In this document: one piece after another, positions 8,666 to 18,466 of the stretch
Layout: the number at the start of each line of letters is the position of its first letter
Numbering within the stretch: the stretch's first letter is position 1
Source: Occultella glacieicola
GTDB lineage: Bacteria > Actinomycetota > Actinomycetes > Actinomycetales > Beutenbergiaceae
Length of the DNA stretch: 64,000 nt
Direction of reading: 5' to 3'
Assembly: GCF_004353825.1 (NCBI RefSeq)
Contig: NZ_SMNA01000004.1
Span: 186,001-250,000, forward strand
Notes under the pieces: model-generated
What the model saw: only the letters and a program-made list of their open reading frames with translations
Database searches by the model: none
What the model was told of the DNA's origin: nothing
Made by a program: the position numbers and the translations under genes

Positions 8666-11215
8666 GTGTCCGACCCCGAGCCGACCGCCCCCCAGGACCT
8701 CCGCCTGGACCGCACCGAGCACGCCGGCTGCCTCGGCAGTCCGACGCCGCGGCTGAGCTGGCGGCACGCCGCCGGCGCCGCACCACAGGACGGCTACGAG
8801 GTCGAGATCGCCCGCTCCGGCGCCGCCCCCGCGACCGCCGCGGTGACGGGCGCCGTCGGCCGTGAGCAGGTCTCAGTCGCGTGGCCGCACGAGCCGCTCG
8901 CCGCCGGCGAGCACGGCACGGTGCGCGTACGCACGAACCACGGCGACGCCGGATGGTCGCCGTGGAGCGAGCCGGTCGCCTTCCATGTGGCACCGTTGGC
9001 GCCGCAGGACTGGGTGGCCGGCTTCGTCTCGCCGCGGCACCTCGGCGGGCTCGCGGACCCGGCCCCGATCGTGGTGGGCTCGGTGAGGGTGGGGCCGGGC
9101 CTGGTCGGAGCCAGGCTGCTGCTCTCGGCACTCGGCGTGGTCCGGGCCAGGATCAACGGGACCCGGGTCGGCTCGGACGAACTCACGCCCGGCTGGACCA
9201 GCTACCACAAGCGCCTGCGGTTCGAGGGGTACGACGTCACCGACCTGCTCCGCGAGGGCACCAACGACGTCGACGCACTCCTGGGCAACGGCTGGTACCG
9301 CGGCGCGCTCACCTGGGACCTGCGCCGTGACCTCTACGGTGACCGGCTGGCGCTGCTCGCCCAGTTCGAGCTGCGCTACGCGGACGGCCGGGTCGAGACC
9401 GTCGGCACCGACGGCAGCTGGCGGGCGCACGCATCGCACGTGCTCGCCGACGACCTGTACGGCGGCCAGCACACCGACCTGCGCCTGCTCGGGGAGCTCG
9501 GTGCGCCGGGCCCCGTCGACCTCCTCGACGTGGACCCGCGGATCCTGGTCGCGCCCGAAGGGCCGCCGCCGCGGATCACCCAGGTGCTGCCCGCCGCCCG
9601 GATCCTCCGTAGCCCGAGCGGCAAGGTCCTGGTCGACTTCGGGCAGAACCTGGTCGGCTGGGTGAATCTGACCGTCCGGGGCCACGCCGCCGGCGACCGG
9701 ATCACGGTCCGCCACGCGGAGGTCCTCGAGCACGGGGAGCTGGGCACCCGCCCGCTCCGGAGGGCCGAGGCGACGGACACCTATGACCTGGCCGGCCCGG
9801 ACGAGACCGAACTCGCGCCACAGCTGACGTTCCACGGCTTCCGGTACGCCGAGGTGACCGGCGTGGACGACCTGCGCGTCGAGGACGTCAGCGCCGCCGT
9901 CGTGGGCTCGGACCTGACCCGCACCGGATGGTTCACCTGTTCCGAGCCGCTCCTGGAACAGCTCCACGAGAACGTCGTGTGGGGCACCCGCGGCAACTTC
10001 CTGGACGTTCCCACCGACTGCCCCCAGCGCGACGAGCGGCTCGGCTGGACCGGCGACATCCAGGTGTTCGCCCGCACCGCGGCGTTCCTGTTCGATGTGG
10101 ACGGTTTCCTGTCCTCGTGGCTGCGCGACCTCGCCGCGGACCAGCGGCCGGACGGCGGGGTGCCCGTCGTGATCCCGGACGTGCTCCGTGACGACAACGT
10201 GATCGCGACCGCCTGGGGTGACGCCGCGACGATGGTGCCGTGGGTGCTGTACCGGCGGTACGGGGACCTGGACCTGCTCGAGCGGCAACTGCCGTCGATG
10301 CGCGCCTGGGTCGACCGGCTCTGGTCGGAGGTGGACGACTCCGCCCTCTGGCGCACCGGCTTCCAGTACGGGGACTGGCTCGACCCCACCGCGCCGCCGG
10401 ACGATGCCGCGGCGGCCCAGGCCGACCCGCATGTGATCCAGCAGGCCTACCTGGTGCGCTCCACGGAGACGGTCGCGTGGGCGGCCCGCGCGCTCGGGCT
10501 CCCGGACCTGGCCACGGAGTACGAGGACCTCGCGGACACGGCCCGGGCCGCGTTCCAGAACGCGTACGTGACGCCGCTGGGCCGGGTGCGCTCCGACTGC
10601 CAGACCGTGTACGCGCTCGCCCTGTGCTGGGCCCTGCTCGGCAGCGGCGACCAGGTCGAGGGGGCCGGGGAGCGGCTCGCCGAGCTCGTCCGCGAGGCGA
10701 ACGCGACCGTGGCGACCGGGTTCGTCGGGACGCCGCTGATCCTGGACGCCCTGGTCATCGCCGGGCAGACCGACCTCGCCTACGCGATGCTGTTGCAGAC
10801 CGAGAACCCGTCCTGGCTGTACCCGGTCACGATGGGCGCGACCACGGTGTGGGAGCGGTGGGACTCGATGCTGCCGGACGGCTCGATCAACCCGGGGGAG
10901 ATGACCTCCTTCAACCACTACGCCCTCGGCGCCGTCGCGAACTTCCTGCACCGGCGGGTGGCCGGCCTGGCCCCGGTCCTGCCCGGGTACCGGGAGGTCG
11001 AGGTGGATCCGCTCACCGACGGCCCACTGACGCACGCGGCCGTGCGCCACCTGAGCCCGTACGGCGAGATCGCCGTCTCGTGGGAGAAGCAGCCCGACGG
11101 CGTGGTGCGGCTCGACGTGAACGTCCCGCCCGGGGTGCTGGCCCGGGTGTTCCCGCCCGGGGTGAAGCGGGGCGCGGTCAAGGTGGGCGCGGGGGAGCAT
11201 ACGTTCAGCGGGTGA
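8666..11215 (+). CDS. Alpha-L-rhamnosidase, GH78
   Basis: PTDCPQRDERLGWTGD, VDFGQNLVG, FHGFRY, GATTVWERWD, SFNHYA; GGAGG RBS before GTG 8666; no signal peptide. Confidence 0.95.
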   Translation: MSDPEPTAPQDLRLDRTEHAGCLGSPTPRLSWRHAAGAAPQDGYEVEIARSGAAPATAAVTGAVGREQVSVAWPHEPLAAGEHGTVRVRTNHGDAGWSPWSEPVAFHVAPLAPQDWVAGFVSPRHLGGLADPAPIVVGSVRVGPGLVGARLLLSALGVVRARINGTRVGSDELTPGWTSYHKRLRFEGYDVTDLLREGTNDVDALLGNGWYRGALTWDLRRDLYGDRLALLAQFELRYADGRVETVGTDGSWRAHASHVLADDLYGGQHTDLRLLGELGAPGPVDLLDVDPRILVAPEGPPPRITQVLPAARILRSPSGKVLVDFGQNLVGWVNLTVRGHAAGDRITVRHAEVLEHGELGTRPLRRAEATDTYDLAGPDETELAPQLTFHGFRYAEVTGVDDLRVEDVSAAVVGSDLTRTGWFTCSEPLLEQLHENVVWGTRGNFLDVPTDCPQRDERLGWTGDIQVFARTAAFLFDVDGFLSSWLRDLAADQRPDGGVPVVIPDVLRDDNVIATAWGDAATMVPWVLYRRYGDLDLLERQLPSMRAWVDRLWSEVDDSALWRTGFQYGDWLDPTAPPDDAAAAQADPHVIQQAYLVRSTETVAWAARALGLPDLATEYEDLADTARAAFQNAYVTPLGRVRSDCQTVYALALCWALLGSGDQVEGAGERLAELVREANATVATGFVGTPLILDALVIAGQTDLAYAMLLQTENPSWLYPVTMGATTVWERWDSMLPDGSINPGEMTSFNHYALGAVANFLHRRVAGLAPVLPGYREVEVDPLTDGPLTHAAVRHLSPYGEIAVSWEKQPDGVVRLDVNVPPGVLARVFPPGVKRGAVKVGAGEHTFSG

Positions 11216-11262
11216 ACAGGCCCGGGTCTGTGGCTCGGGCGGGTGACAGCAGGGAGGAAGCC

Positions 11263-11640
11263 GTGGCCACGCTGCGGGAGATCGTCATCGACTGCCGGGA
11301 CGCACCGGCGCTGGCCCGGTTCTGGGCCGCGGCCCTCGACGGCTACGAGGTGCGCGCGTACGACGACGCCGAGGTGGCCCGGCTCGCGAGTCTCGGGCTC
11401 ACACCCGAGACCGACCCGACCGTGGCGGTCGACGGGCCGGGCCCCACGCTGTTCCTCCAACAGGTGCCGGAGCCCAAGACGGTCAAGAACCGGGTGCACG
11501 TGGACCTGTCCGCGAACGACCGGATGGCCGAGGCGGCCCGGCTCGTCGACCTGGGCGCGTCCATCGTGGCGCAGCAGGACTCCTGGACGGTCCTGGGGGA
11601 CCCGGAGGGCAACGAGTTCTGCGTGGCCGACGCCGACTGA
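11263..11640 (+). CDS. VOC/glyoxalase-like family protein
   Basis: IVIDC..LARFWAAAL, FLQQVPEPKTVKNRVHVDL, DPEGNEFC; GGAGG RBS. Confidence 0.9.
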   Translation: MATLREIVIDCRDAPALARFWAAALDGYEVRAYDDAEVARLASLGLTPETDPTVAVDGPGPTLFLQQVPEPKTVKNRVHVDLSANDRMAEAARLVDLGASIVAQQDSWTVLGDPEGNEFCVADAD

Positions 11641-11672
11641 CGGCGGGCGGCCGCCGGCCACCGCATCATCGG

Positions 11673-11759
11673 CCGAACGCGCACGAACCTGCTCGGGCGC
11701 CGGCGGGCGCCGTCGGGCGCCGTCGGTCGCGTCGGGACCGAGGGTCACCGCGCGTTCGG
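11673..11759. repeat. REP-like palindromic intergenic element, copy 1
   Basis: ccgaacgcgc ... gcgcgttcgg arms between convergent genes; similar to 41425-41485. Confidence 0.55.
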
Positions 11760-11766
11760 ACCAGGG

Positions 11767-12117
11767 TCAGCGGTGGATGCGCGCGCGCCAGTCGGCGGGG
11801 ACGCGGCCGGCCGGTCCGGGTGTCGGCTGGTCCACCGGGTGTGAGCTCGGTGGGGCCAGTTCCGGACCCGTGACCGTGGTTTCGGTGCGGAAGTTCCAGT
11901 ACCAGTCCTCGCCCGGCTCGAACGAGCGCATCAGCTCGTGCCCGGTCTCGCGGAAGTGGGCGGTGGAGTGCCGGCTGGGTGAACTGTCGCAACAACCGAC
12001 GTGCCCGCACGCGGCGCACCGGCGCAGGTGCACCCACCAGCCGCCCGCGACCTCGCACTCCTGGCAGCCGGTCCCGCTCGGGGGCACGGTGGCATCGATC
12101 TGGGGGCCGTCACTCAT
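11767..12117 (-). CDS. UBP-type zinc finger protein
   Basis: GCQEC...WVHLRRCAACGHVGCCDSSPSRHSTAH...RSFEPGEDW. Confidence 0.92.
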   Translation of the reverse strand: MSDGPQIDATVPPSGTGCQECEVAGGWWVHLRRCAACGHVGCCDSSPSRHSTAHFRETGHELMRSFEPGEDWYWNFRTETTVTGPELAPPSSHPVDQPTPGPAGRVPADWRARIHR

Positions 12118-12146
12118 CGCGGTGCCTCTCTCGGTCGGTCGGGTCC

Positions 12147-12620
12147 TCAGGCGGTCGTGACCCGGTCGCGGAGCACGTCGATCCAGCCGGAGTGCACCTC
12201 GGTGCGGGCGAGGTAGTCGTGCAGCGGCTGGCCGTCGGCCCGCACGGCGACGCCGAGGAGCAGGAGCGCCTGCCCGCCACGGGTCACCTCCATGAGGGTG
12301 CGCAGGTCCGCCGGCCAGGTCAGCACCGGGCCCCGTTTGGCGTGCGTGAGCGCCAGCGCGGTGGCCTCCGGTTCCGAGGGGACCGGCTCGATGTGGAACC
12401 GGGGCTTGACCGTGCGGGCGAACACCGGTGGGTGCTCGGCCTCGAACCGGCCCGCATCGGGCAGACCGAGGGCGTCGGCGAGGTCGGCGATCACGCCCGG
12501 GTCGTCGGTGGGCGTCAGGACCAGATAGGGCAGCCGACCCGTGATCGTCGACACGGACCCGGTGGCGAGGTCGATCGAGGTGTGCGCGACTCTCCGCAGG
12601 ACGTGCTTCGTGGCGCCCAT
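12147..12620 (-). CDS. Hypothetical protein
   Basis: Protein-like composition and GC3 bias; GAAGGGG RBS before ATG 12620. Confidence 0.6.
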   Translation of the reverse strand: MGATKHVLRRVAHTSIDLATGSVSTITGRLPYLVLTPTDDPGVIADLADALGLPDAGRFEAEHPPVFARTVKPRFHIEPVPSEPEATALALTHAKRGPVLTWPADLRTLMEVTRGGQALLLLGVAVRADGQPLHDYLARTEVHSGWIDVLRDRVTTA

Positions 12621-12755
12621 GCGCGACCGGGCCCCTTCCGAACCGACGGTGGCAGCGATGACTACGCCCAAACGTACCCGGCGCGCGCAGTTTTGTGACC
12701 CCCGTTCCGGGCACGGATCTGCGTGCCGCCTGCCACCGGCCCGGCCCGCGTGGCC

Positions 12756-15700
12756 TCACCGGGCGCCGACGACCGGCTCGAAACGTGCGGCATCGCTGCG
12801 GAAGTGTCCCGACGCCGTCGTCTCCAGCCGGACCGCGGCGGTCTCCGGTGCGAGGTCGAAGAAGCCGAGTTGTCGCCACGCCCCGGCGTCCGCCTTCTGG
12901 TCGACGACCACCACCACGTCGCCGTCGGAGGTCACCACCGTGTACGGCGCTGCGGTCGTCGTGGTCGCGTTGCCGGGGAACCACACGCTCACCCGGTACC
13001 GGCCCGCCGGGGTGCCGGCGGCCCAGGAGCACGCGGCCCCCGTGAGTCCACCCGCGTACCGGCTGGGGCTGCCGTCGTGACCGGGCAGGCTGCTCGGGCT
13101 CCAGGTGCCGGACTCGGCGTAGCCGGGGTCCTCGTTGTCGACGAGGATGATCCCGGCCTGGTCCACCGCCGTGATCGCGACGGCCGTGGCCGCGGAGGCA
13201 TCGCCGAGGTCGAGCACGATCTCGTGCTGGGAGCCGGCCACGGCGTCGGTGGGCGCGGTCAGGGTGAACTCCACGTCCACCGAACTCTCCGCGGCCAGGT
13301 CGACGGGGACAGCCGCCGGAACGATCGTCCAGCCGGGCGGCGTCCGGAGCGTCGCGTCGCCCCGGACCGGGGCCTGCGCCTGGCTGCGGATCGTGGCGGT
13401 GAGCGTCGTGGCGGCACCGGGCGCCGCCACCGGCGCCGCGGTCAGGGCCTCGATGGCCGGGCGCAGGGCGGCCGCGTCGACCGGCAGGAAACGGGTCGCG
13501 TCGATCCGGTGGAACCCGGGGTTGCGCACCTCGACCTGGACGAAGCCGTCGGAACCGGCCTCGAACTCGAACCGGCCGAGGGTGAACCAGCCGTTCGCGC
13601 CGGCCTGCTGGTCGACCTCGAACTCGTCCACGCCGCCCAGGTGATGCACCGTGTAGATCGCCGCCCGGGTGGTCTCGGGGTTCGTCGGGTACCAGATCGC
13701 GACGTCGTAGTGGCCGCCGGTCCGCAGGTCCGGGCGCCAGGTGGCCGTGCCACCGAGTTTGCCCTCCTCGCTGAACCGGGTCGCCGTGCCGTTCCAGCCC
13801 GCGAGGGTGCTGGGCAGCCAGAACCCGGACTCCGCATAGCGGGGCCACAGGTCGGAGTTGTCGACGATGACCTCCGAGCCGGCGATCTGGATGGTCAGGG
13901 CACGCTCGGCGCCGGTCTCGAGGGTCGCGACGAGGCGGTGCCCGGTGCCGGGGCGCGCCGAGGCGGGCGAGGTGAGGGTGAAGGCGTACTCGCGCTCCTC
14001 GCGGCCGGGCACGTCGTAGGTGACCGTGGTGGCCGTGGCCGTCCAACCAGCGGGCACGCTCACGGTGAGCGTGCCGGAGAGTGCGAGCGGGCCGACGTTG
14101 AGGACGGCCAGGGTCACCTCGGTGGATCCACCGGGCAGCGCGAGGCGGGACGGCGCTGCCGTGAGCGCCGAGATCCGCAGTGGCGCCAGAACGGTCACGT
14201 CGGCACCGTCGAGGTCCGCGGTGCCACCGGACCAGCCGGCGGTCGCGGCCAGGGTGACGGTCCCCGCGGGCTGCGCGGCCGGGACCGTGACGTCGAAGCT
14301 CCAGTCGGCGGAACCGCCGGCCGGCACCAGGCTCGGTGCGTCGACGGGCTCCGCGGTCCAGCCGTCAGGTAGGCCCAGCTGGACCTGCGCCGACGTCAGG
14401 TCGGAGTCGGTGCCGTTGCGGACCCGGACGCGGGCCCGAGTGGTGTCACCCGGCGTGGTGTCCGGGCCGATCTCGATCTCGCCGGAGGCGTCCATGCCAG
14501 GAGGGCAGATCCCGGTGACGGACGGCGGAAGCCGTAGCGTGTGCTCGGTCGTGGCGGTGTCGGCGTTCGTGAGCCGGTAGCCGAACGTGGCCGTGGGGTC
14601 GTCGACACCGATGGTCCATTCGTAGGGGAACACCTTCGCCGGTGCGTCCTGCCAGTCCTGCTCGCCGACCCGGTAGCTCAGGGTGGTGGGCGTCTCGGTG
14701 TCGATCTGGACGTACGCGTCGTAGCCGTCCCGGGCCGGCCGCGGCAGCAGCAGCGCACGGACCAGGCCGAAGTTCGACGCCGGATCGGTGTCCTCCTCGT
14801 GGAAGCTCGCGTCCGAGCGGTCCGTCGCCGTGGGCACCCAGTGCCACGGGACGTCGATGGTCACCTCCCGGATCACGACGGCGCGCAGCCCCTTCGCCGG
14901 GACCTGCACGCGCAGCCTCCCGCCGCGGATGGTGGTGCTCTCCCGGGTGCCGTCCGCGTTGATCAGCTCGGCCCGGTACCGGGCCCGCGTCTGCAGGCCG
15001 GTGAGTTCCGGGGAGAACGTCACGGTGGCCATGGTGGGGGTGTCCGCCTCGCTCGTCAGGCTCAGATAGAGGCTGTCGTTCCCGACGGCGGTGATCCAGT
15101 TGAGCTGATGGTCCGAGACGTCCACGATGCCGGGCGGGAAGTACGGCCAGACACCGTCCTCGCCGTAGAACGTGCCGGGTGCGTGCCCGTACGTGGAGTA
15201 CTTGAAGAACACGTAGTTCGACTCGAACTGACGGGGGAAGCTGATCTGCCCTGCGGATCGGGTGAGGTGCTCGGTGATCAGGTAGTCGAGGGCGAGGCCG
15301 AGCTGGGCCGGGATGTGGTGGAAGTAGATGCAGGTGGTGCCGGGCGGGCCGGTGAGCGGGAAGTCCGGCTTCATGTTGGCGGCCACGAACTGGCGGTTGT
15401 AATAGCCCGGATAGTTCGTGAACCGGCCGACGACCAGGTTGTGCGCGACCTCCCGGATCAGGGTGTCGCCGGTGTGCTGTGCGAGGCGGAGCAGGAACGG
15501 CGCCCACACCGGGATCATCGAGAATCCGCCGCCGGGGTTCTCGATGCCACGGCCGATCTTGAAGGTGCTCAGTTGCTCGAAGGTCACCCCGCTGGTCGAG
15601 ACGGTCCAGGCCGGCACCGACTCGGTGGGGATGTCGTCGAGGGGGTAGTCCGGCAGGACCGGGCTGTCCGACCACCGGTCGAGTTGGGCATCGATGAACG

Positions 15701-17471
15701 GTTGGTTCGGGACTCGGACGTTCCCGCGCGGAACGGGGCGGACCTGCGTCTGGGTGATGTAACGGCGGGCCTCGGCGAGCGAGGCGTCGAGGAAGTCGGT
15801 CTCCCCGGTGAGCTCGAACAGGACGAGCAGTTCGGTCCAGGCCTTCGAATAGTTGTAGCCGAAGCCGTTCTCGCCCTGGTTCGTTGTGTAGGCGGTGACG
15901 ATGTTGTCCCGGAGGTAGCGCCGCCCCTCGGCCCTCGCCTCGGCCAGGTAGGCGGGGTTGCCCGTGAGTTCGTAGGCCTGCAGCGGCGTGCTCATCGGGG
16001 TCCGGGCGTCCTTGGCGGGGCGCTGGGCGATCATGCGCATGGCGAGCCGGTGCAGGCCCGCGCTCTGGCCGCGGGTCTGCCGGTAGAGCGGAACCAGGGT
16101 GGAGGCGTCGCCCGGGATCTGCCCGACGCGGTACTTCTCGAGGCTGCCGTAGACCGGCTTGCCCTTGATCGGCGAGTGGCCGATGTCGGCCCGGGACAGC
16201 TGGTACTCGATCAGGGGCAGGGCGCGACGCGCGTAGAGGTCCCCCCGGCCGGTCAGGTAGAACGCGGACAGCAGCACCCCGGCGATCGGCGTCCGGACCG
16301 ACTGGTCGTTCTCGATGTCGACGAACCCCTTCGCGCGGTTCCACCACCCGCTGAACGAGGGGACGAAGTCCTCGCTGTCGTCGTCGGCCGGCTCGATCAT
16401 GGTCAGGTCGATCAGGTTGAACACGGTCTGGGTCAGCGAGGTGTCGAAGATGTTCGCGCGGTAGTCGGTGTAGCCGTACTCGTCGTGGACCACCTCGGCG
16501 TACGCCTCGTGCAACGGCCCGGACCGGGCGCAGACCCCGAACGCGTAGCCGAAGGACTCGCCCGCCTCGAGGGCGGACCGTCGCCCGGCCTGGGGTGCGT
16601 ACGCGACCGGCTGGACGTCGCGGGTGTCGTTGCGCAGGCTCATCCCGAACGGTTGCCCGTCCGGCCCGAGCTCGCGTTCGTGTTCGAACTCCAGGACGTC
16701 GCGCGGGGTGTACAGGCCGAGGGTGACGGGGGCGTCGTCGATGCGGTGCTCGGCCAACGTCATCGGTGCCATGAGCTCCCAGGCGCCGAGGGACTGGGCG
16801 TCCTCGATCACCCGGGCGTGCTGGCGGGTCCCGCACAACACCTCGTCGACGTCCTCGGCTGCCAGCGTGTCGAACGACTGGTAGCCGACCACGTAGTGCT
16901 GGGCCTGCGCCGCGGTCACGGTCCACTGCAGTTCGGGATCGCTGCCCTCGAGGTTCCAGCGGACCACGAGGTCGTACACACCGGGCACGCTGCTGCGCAA
17001 CTCCACGGTGCGCCGGCCGACCTGTTCCATCGAGTCGAACGCGACCCAGTTCGAGTGCATCGACGCGTAGTAGTCGTTCGGGCTCCCCTCCTCGCCGGTG
17101 AACACCACCCACTGCTCGTCGAAACGCCGCTCGGGTGAGGTCACCGGCAGCCAGCCGGACGGGGTGCGCACCTCGAGGTCGCGCACGTAGGTGCCGCCGC
17201 CGGTCCAGGCGGCCCGGTGCATGGTCAGCCGGTGCCGAGGACCGGTGACCTGGAGCAGTTCGGTCAGTTCGAGATCCGGCATCTCGATCCGGCGCAGAGC
17301 ATCCGGTAGCGGCAGGTTCGTCACCGAGTCGGCCGCGGCCGCGGTCGGGTTCATCGCGCCGAGCACGGGCGGCAGGACCGCGGCACCGACGAGGAGGCGG
17401 ATCGCCGACCGCCTGGACATGCCGGCAACACTATCTGGAGTGGTGATCGCACTTATGGCTTCATCGCGCAT
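12756..17471 (-). CDS. Large Tat-exported multidomain protein: unknown catalytic region, NEW3/NPCBM-associated Ig-like repeats and two xanthan-lyase/Golvesin-like beta-sandwich modules
   Basis: SRRSAIRLL Tat motif and AAAA-D cleavage site; LGLPDGWTA / VSVPAGWTA / TPPGWTI repeats; two IVDN..D..YAESG.W..S..G..G..R..ATW..Y.V..W modules. Confidence 0.75.
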   Translation of the reverse strand: MRDEAISAITTPDSVAGMSRRSAIRLLVGAAVLPPVLGAMNPTAAAADSVTNLPLPDALRRIEMPDLELTELLQVTGPRHRLTMHRAAWTGGGTYVRDLEVRTPSGWLPVTSPERRFDEQWVVFTGEEGSPNDYYASMHSNWVAFDSMEQVGRRTVELRSSVPGVYDLVVRWNLEGSDPELQWTVTAAQAQHYVVGYQSFDTLAAEDVDEVLCGTRQHARVIEDAQSLGAWELMAPMTLAEHRIDDAPVTLGLYTPRDVLEFEHERELGPDGQPFGMSLRNDTRDVQPVAYAPQAGRRSALEAGESFGYAFGVCARSGPLHEAYAEVVHDEYGYTDYRANIFDTSLTQTVFNLIDLTMIEPADDDSEDFVPSFSGWWNRAKGFVDIENDQSVRTPIAGVLLSAFYLTGRGDLYARRALPLIEYQLSRADIGHSPIKGKPVYGSLEKYRVGQIPGDASTLVPLYRQTRGQSAGLHRLAMRMIAQRPAKDARTPMSTPLQAYELTGNPAYLAEARAEGRRYLRDNIVTAYTTNQGENGFGYNYSKAWTELLVLFELTGETDFLDASLAEARRYITQTQVRPVPRGNVRVPNQPFIDAQLDRWSDSPVLPDYPLDDIPTESVPAWTVSTSGVTFEQLSTFKIGRGIENPGGGFSMIPVWAPFLLRLAQHTGDTLIREVAHNLVVGRFTNYPGYYNRQFVAANMKPDFPLTGPPGTTCIYFHHIPAQLGLALDYLITEHLTRSAGQISFPRQFESNYVFFKYSTYGHAPGTFYGEDGVWPYFPPGIVDVSDHQLNWITAVGNDSLYLSLTSEADTPTMATVTFSPELTGLQTRARYRAELINADGTRESTTIRGGRLRVQVPAKGLRAVVIREVTIDVPWHWVPTATDRSDASFHEEDTDPASNFGLVRALLLPRPARDGYDAYVQIDTETPTTLSYRVGEQDWQDAPAKVFPYEWTIGVDDPTATFGYRLTNADTATTEHTLRLPPSVTGICPPGMDASGEIEIGPDTTPGDTTRARVRVRNGTDSDLTSAQVQLGLPDGWTAEPVDAPSLVPAGGSADWSFDVTVPAAQPAGTVTLAATAGWSGGTADLDGADVTVLAPLRISALTAAPSRLALPGGSTEVTLAVLNVGPLALSGTLTVSVPAGWTATATTVTYDVPGREEREYAFTLTSPASARPGTGHRLVATLETGAERALTIQIAGSEVIVDNSDLWPRYAESGFWLPSTLAGWNGTATRFSEEGKLGGTATWRPDLRTGGHYDVAIWYPTNPETTRAAIYTVHHLGGVDEFEVDQQAGANGWFTLGRFEFEAGSDGFVQVEVRNPGFHRIDATRFLPVDAAALRPAIEALTAAPVAAPGAATTLTATIRSQAQAPVRGDATLRTPPGWTIVPAAVPVDLAAESSVDVEFTLTAPTDAVAGSQHEIVLDLGDASAATAVAITAVDQAGIILVDNEDPGYAESGTWSPSSLPGHDGSPSRYAGGLTGAACSWAAGTPAGRYRVSVWFPGNATTTTAAPYTVVTSDGDVVVVVDQKADAGAWRQLGFFDLAPETAAVRLETTASGHFRSDAARFEPVVGAR

Positions 17472-17478
17472 GTCGTAG

Positions 17479-17508
17479 ATAGTGCATGCACACCGGCGGG
17501 AGCGTCAA
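17479..17508 (-). promoter_or_regulatory. Housekeeping-type promoter for the 1571-aa gene (leaderless)
   Basis: Minus strand TTGACG-N18-CACTAT-N7-ATG(17471). Confidence 0.55.
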
Positions 17509-17575
17509 GACACTCGCTTGCGGGGACGTGGCCTGGCCGGGCCACGTCGGCGAGTCGTCCGCAGTCGCCGACGCG

Positions 17576-18466
17576 TCAGGGGTGCGCGCGTGCCGCGAGT
17601 GTCCCCACGAAGCGCGCGATGTCCGCGGGCCGCTCCTCGGCCATGAAGTGACCCGCCCGGAGCGGCTCGTAGGTCAGGTCGGCCGCCCAGGCGCCCCACA
17701 GTTCGGCGGCGTCGAAACCGAGCCGGGCGCCCCAGTCCTGGGAGATCACGCCGACCGGCATCCCGAGCCTCGTCCCGGCGGCGCGGTCCGCACGGTCCAT
17801 CTCGAGATCGATGCCCGCAGTGGCGCGGTAGTCAGCGACGATCGAGTCGACGGCGGCCACCGAACTGTCGATGTAGTACTGCCGGACGCGGGGGGTGAAC
17901 GTCGCTCCGTCGGTGTCCCAGGCGTCCAGGAAGGAGCCGAAGAACTCGGGTGCGACTGCCGAGATCATCTTCTCCGGGAGCCCCGCAGGCTGAGCCATGA
18001 GGTACAGGTGCCAGGCCACCTTGGCGTCGACACCGTGCAACACGCCCCAGGTGTCCAGGGTCGGGAGCACGTCGAGGATCCCGAGGTAGCGCACCGTGTC
18101 CGGGTGGTCGAGGCCGGCCCGGACACCGACGAGGGCGCCGCGGTCGTGGCCCACCAGGCCGAAGCGGTCGTGGCCGAGCGCGGCAGCCACCTGCACCACA
18201 TCCGCGGCCATCGCCCGCTTGGAGTAGGTGTGCGGGTCCGTCCCGGACGGCTTGGCACTGCGCCCGTAGCCCCGCAGGTCCGGCACGATGACGGTGTGCT
18301 CGGCGGCGAGCTCGCGTGCGACGTCGCGCCACATGTAGTGGGTCTGCGGGAAGCCGTGGAGCAGGACGACGGCGGGGCCGGTGCCTGCGTGGGCGACGTT
18401 CAGTTCGAGGCCGTCCTCGCCGGGCAGCGTCTGGTAGTCGAATCCATCGATGGTCAGATCGGTCAT
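17576..18466 (-). CDS. Alpha/beta hydrolase, haloacetate dehalogenase/epoxide hydrolase-like
   Basis: LLHGFPQ, DLRGYGRS, GHDRG nucleophile elbow, DYRA, GHFMAEE. Confidence 0.88.
   Translation of the reverse strand: MTDLTIDGFDYQTLPGEDGLELNVAHAGTGPAVVLLHGFPQTHYMWRDVARELAAEHTVIVPDLRGYGRSAKPSGTDPHTYSKRAMAADVVQVAAALGHDRFGLVGHDRGALVGVRAGLDHPDTVRYLGILDVLPTLDTWGVLHGVDAKVAWHLYLMAQPAGLPEKMISAVAPEFFGSFLDAWDTDGATFTPRVRQYYIDSSVAAVDSIVADYRATAGIDLEMDRADRAAGTRLGMPVGVISQDWGARLGFDAAELWGAWAADLTYEPLRAGHFMAEERPADIARFVGTLAARAHP

Noticed and set aside
11767..14046. 759-aa ORF suggesting a large fusion ending in a UBP zinc finger
   Set aside because: Only the last 116 aa are protein-like and have their own RBS/ATG at 12117; the rest is an off-frame read of neighbouring genes.
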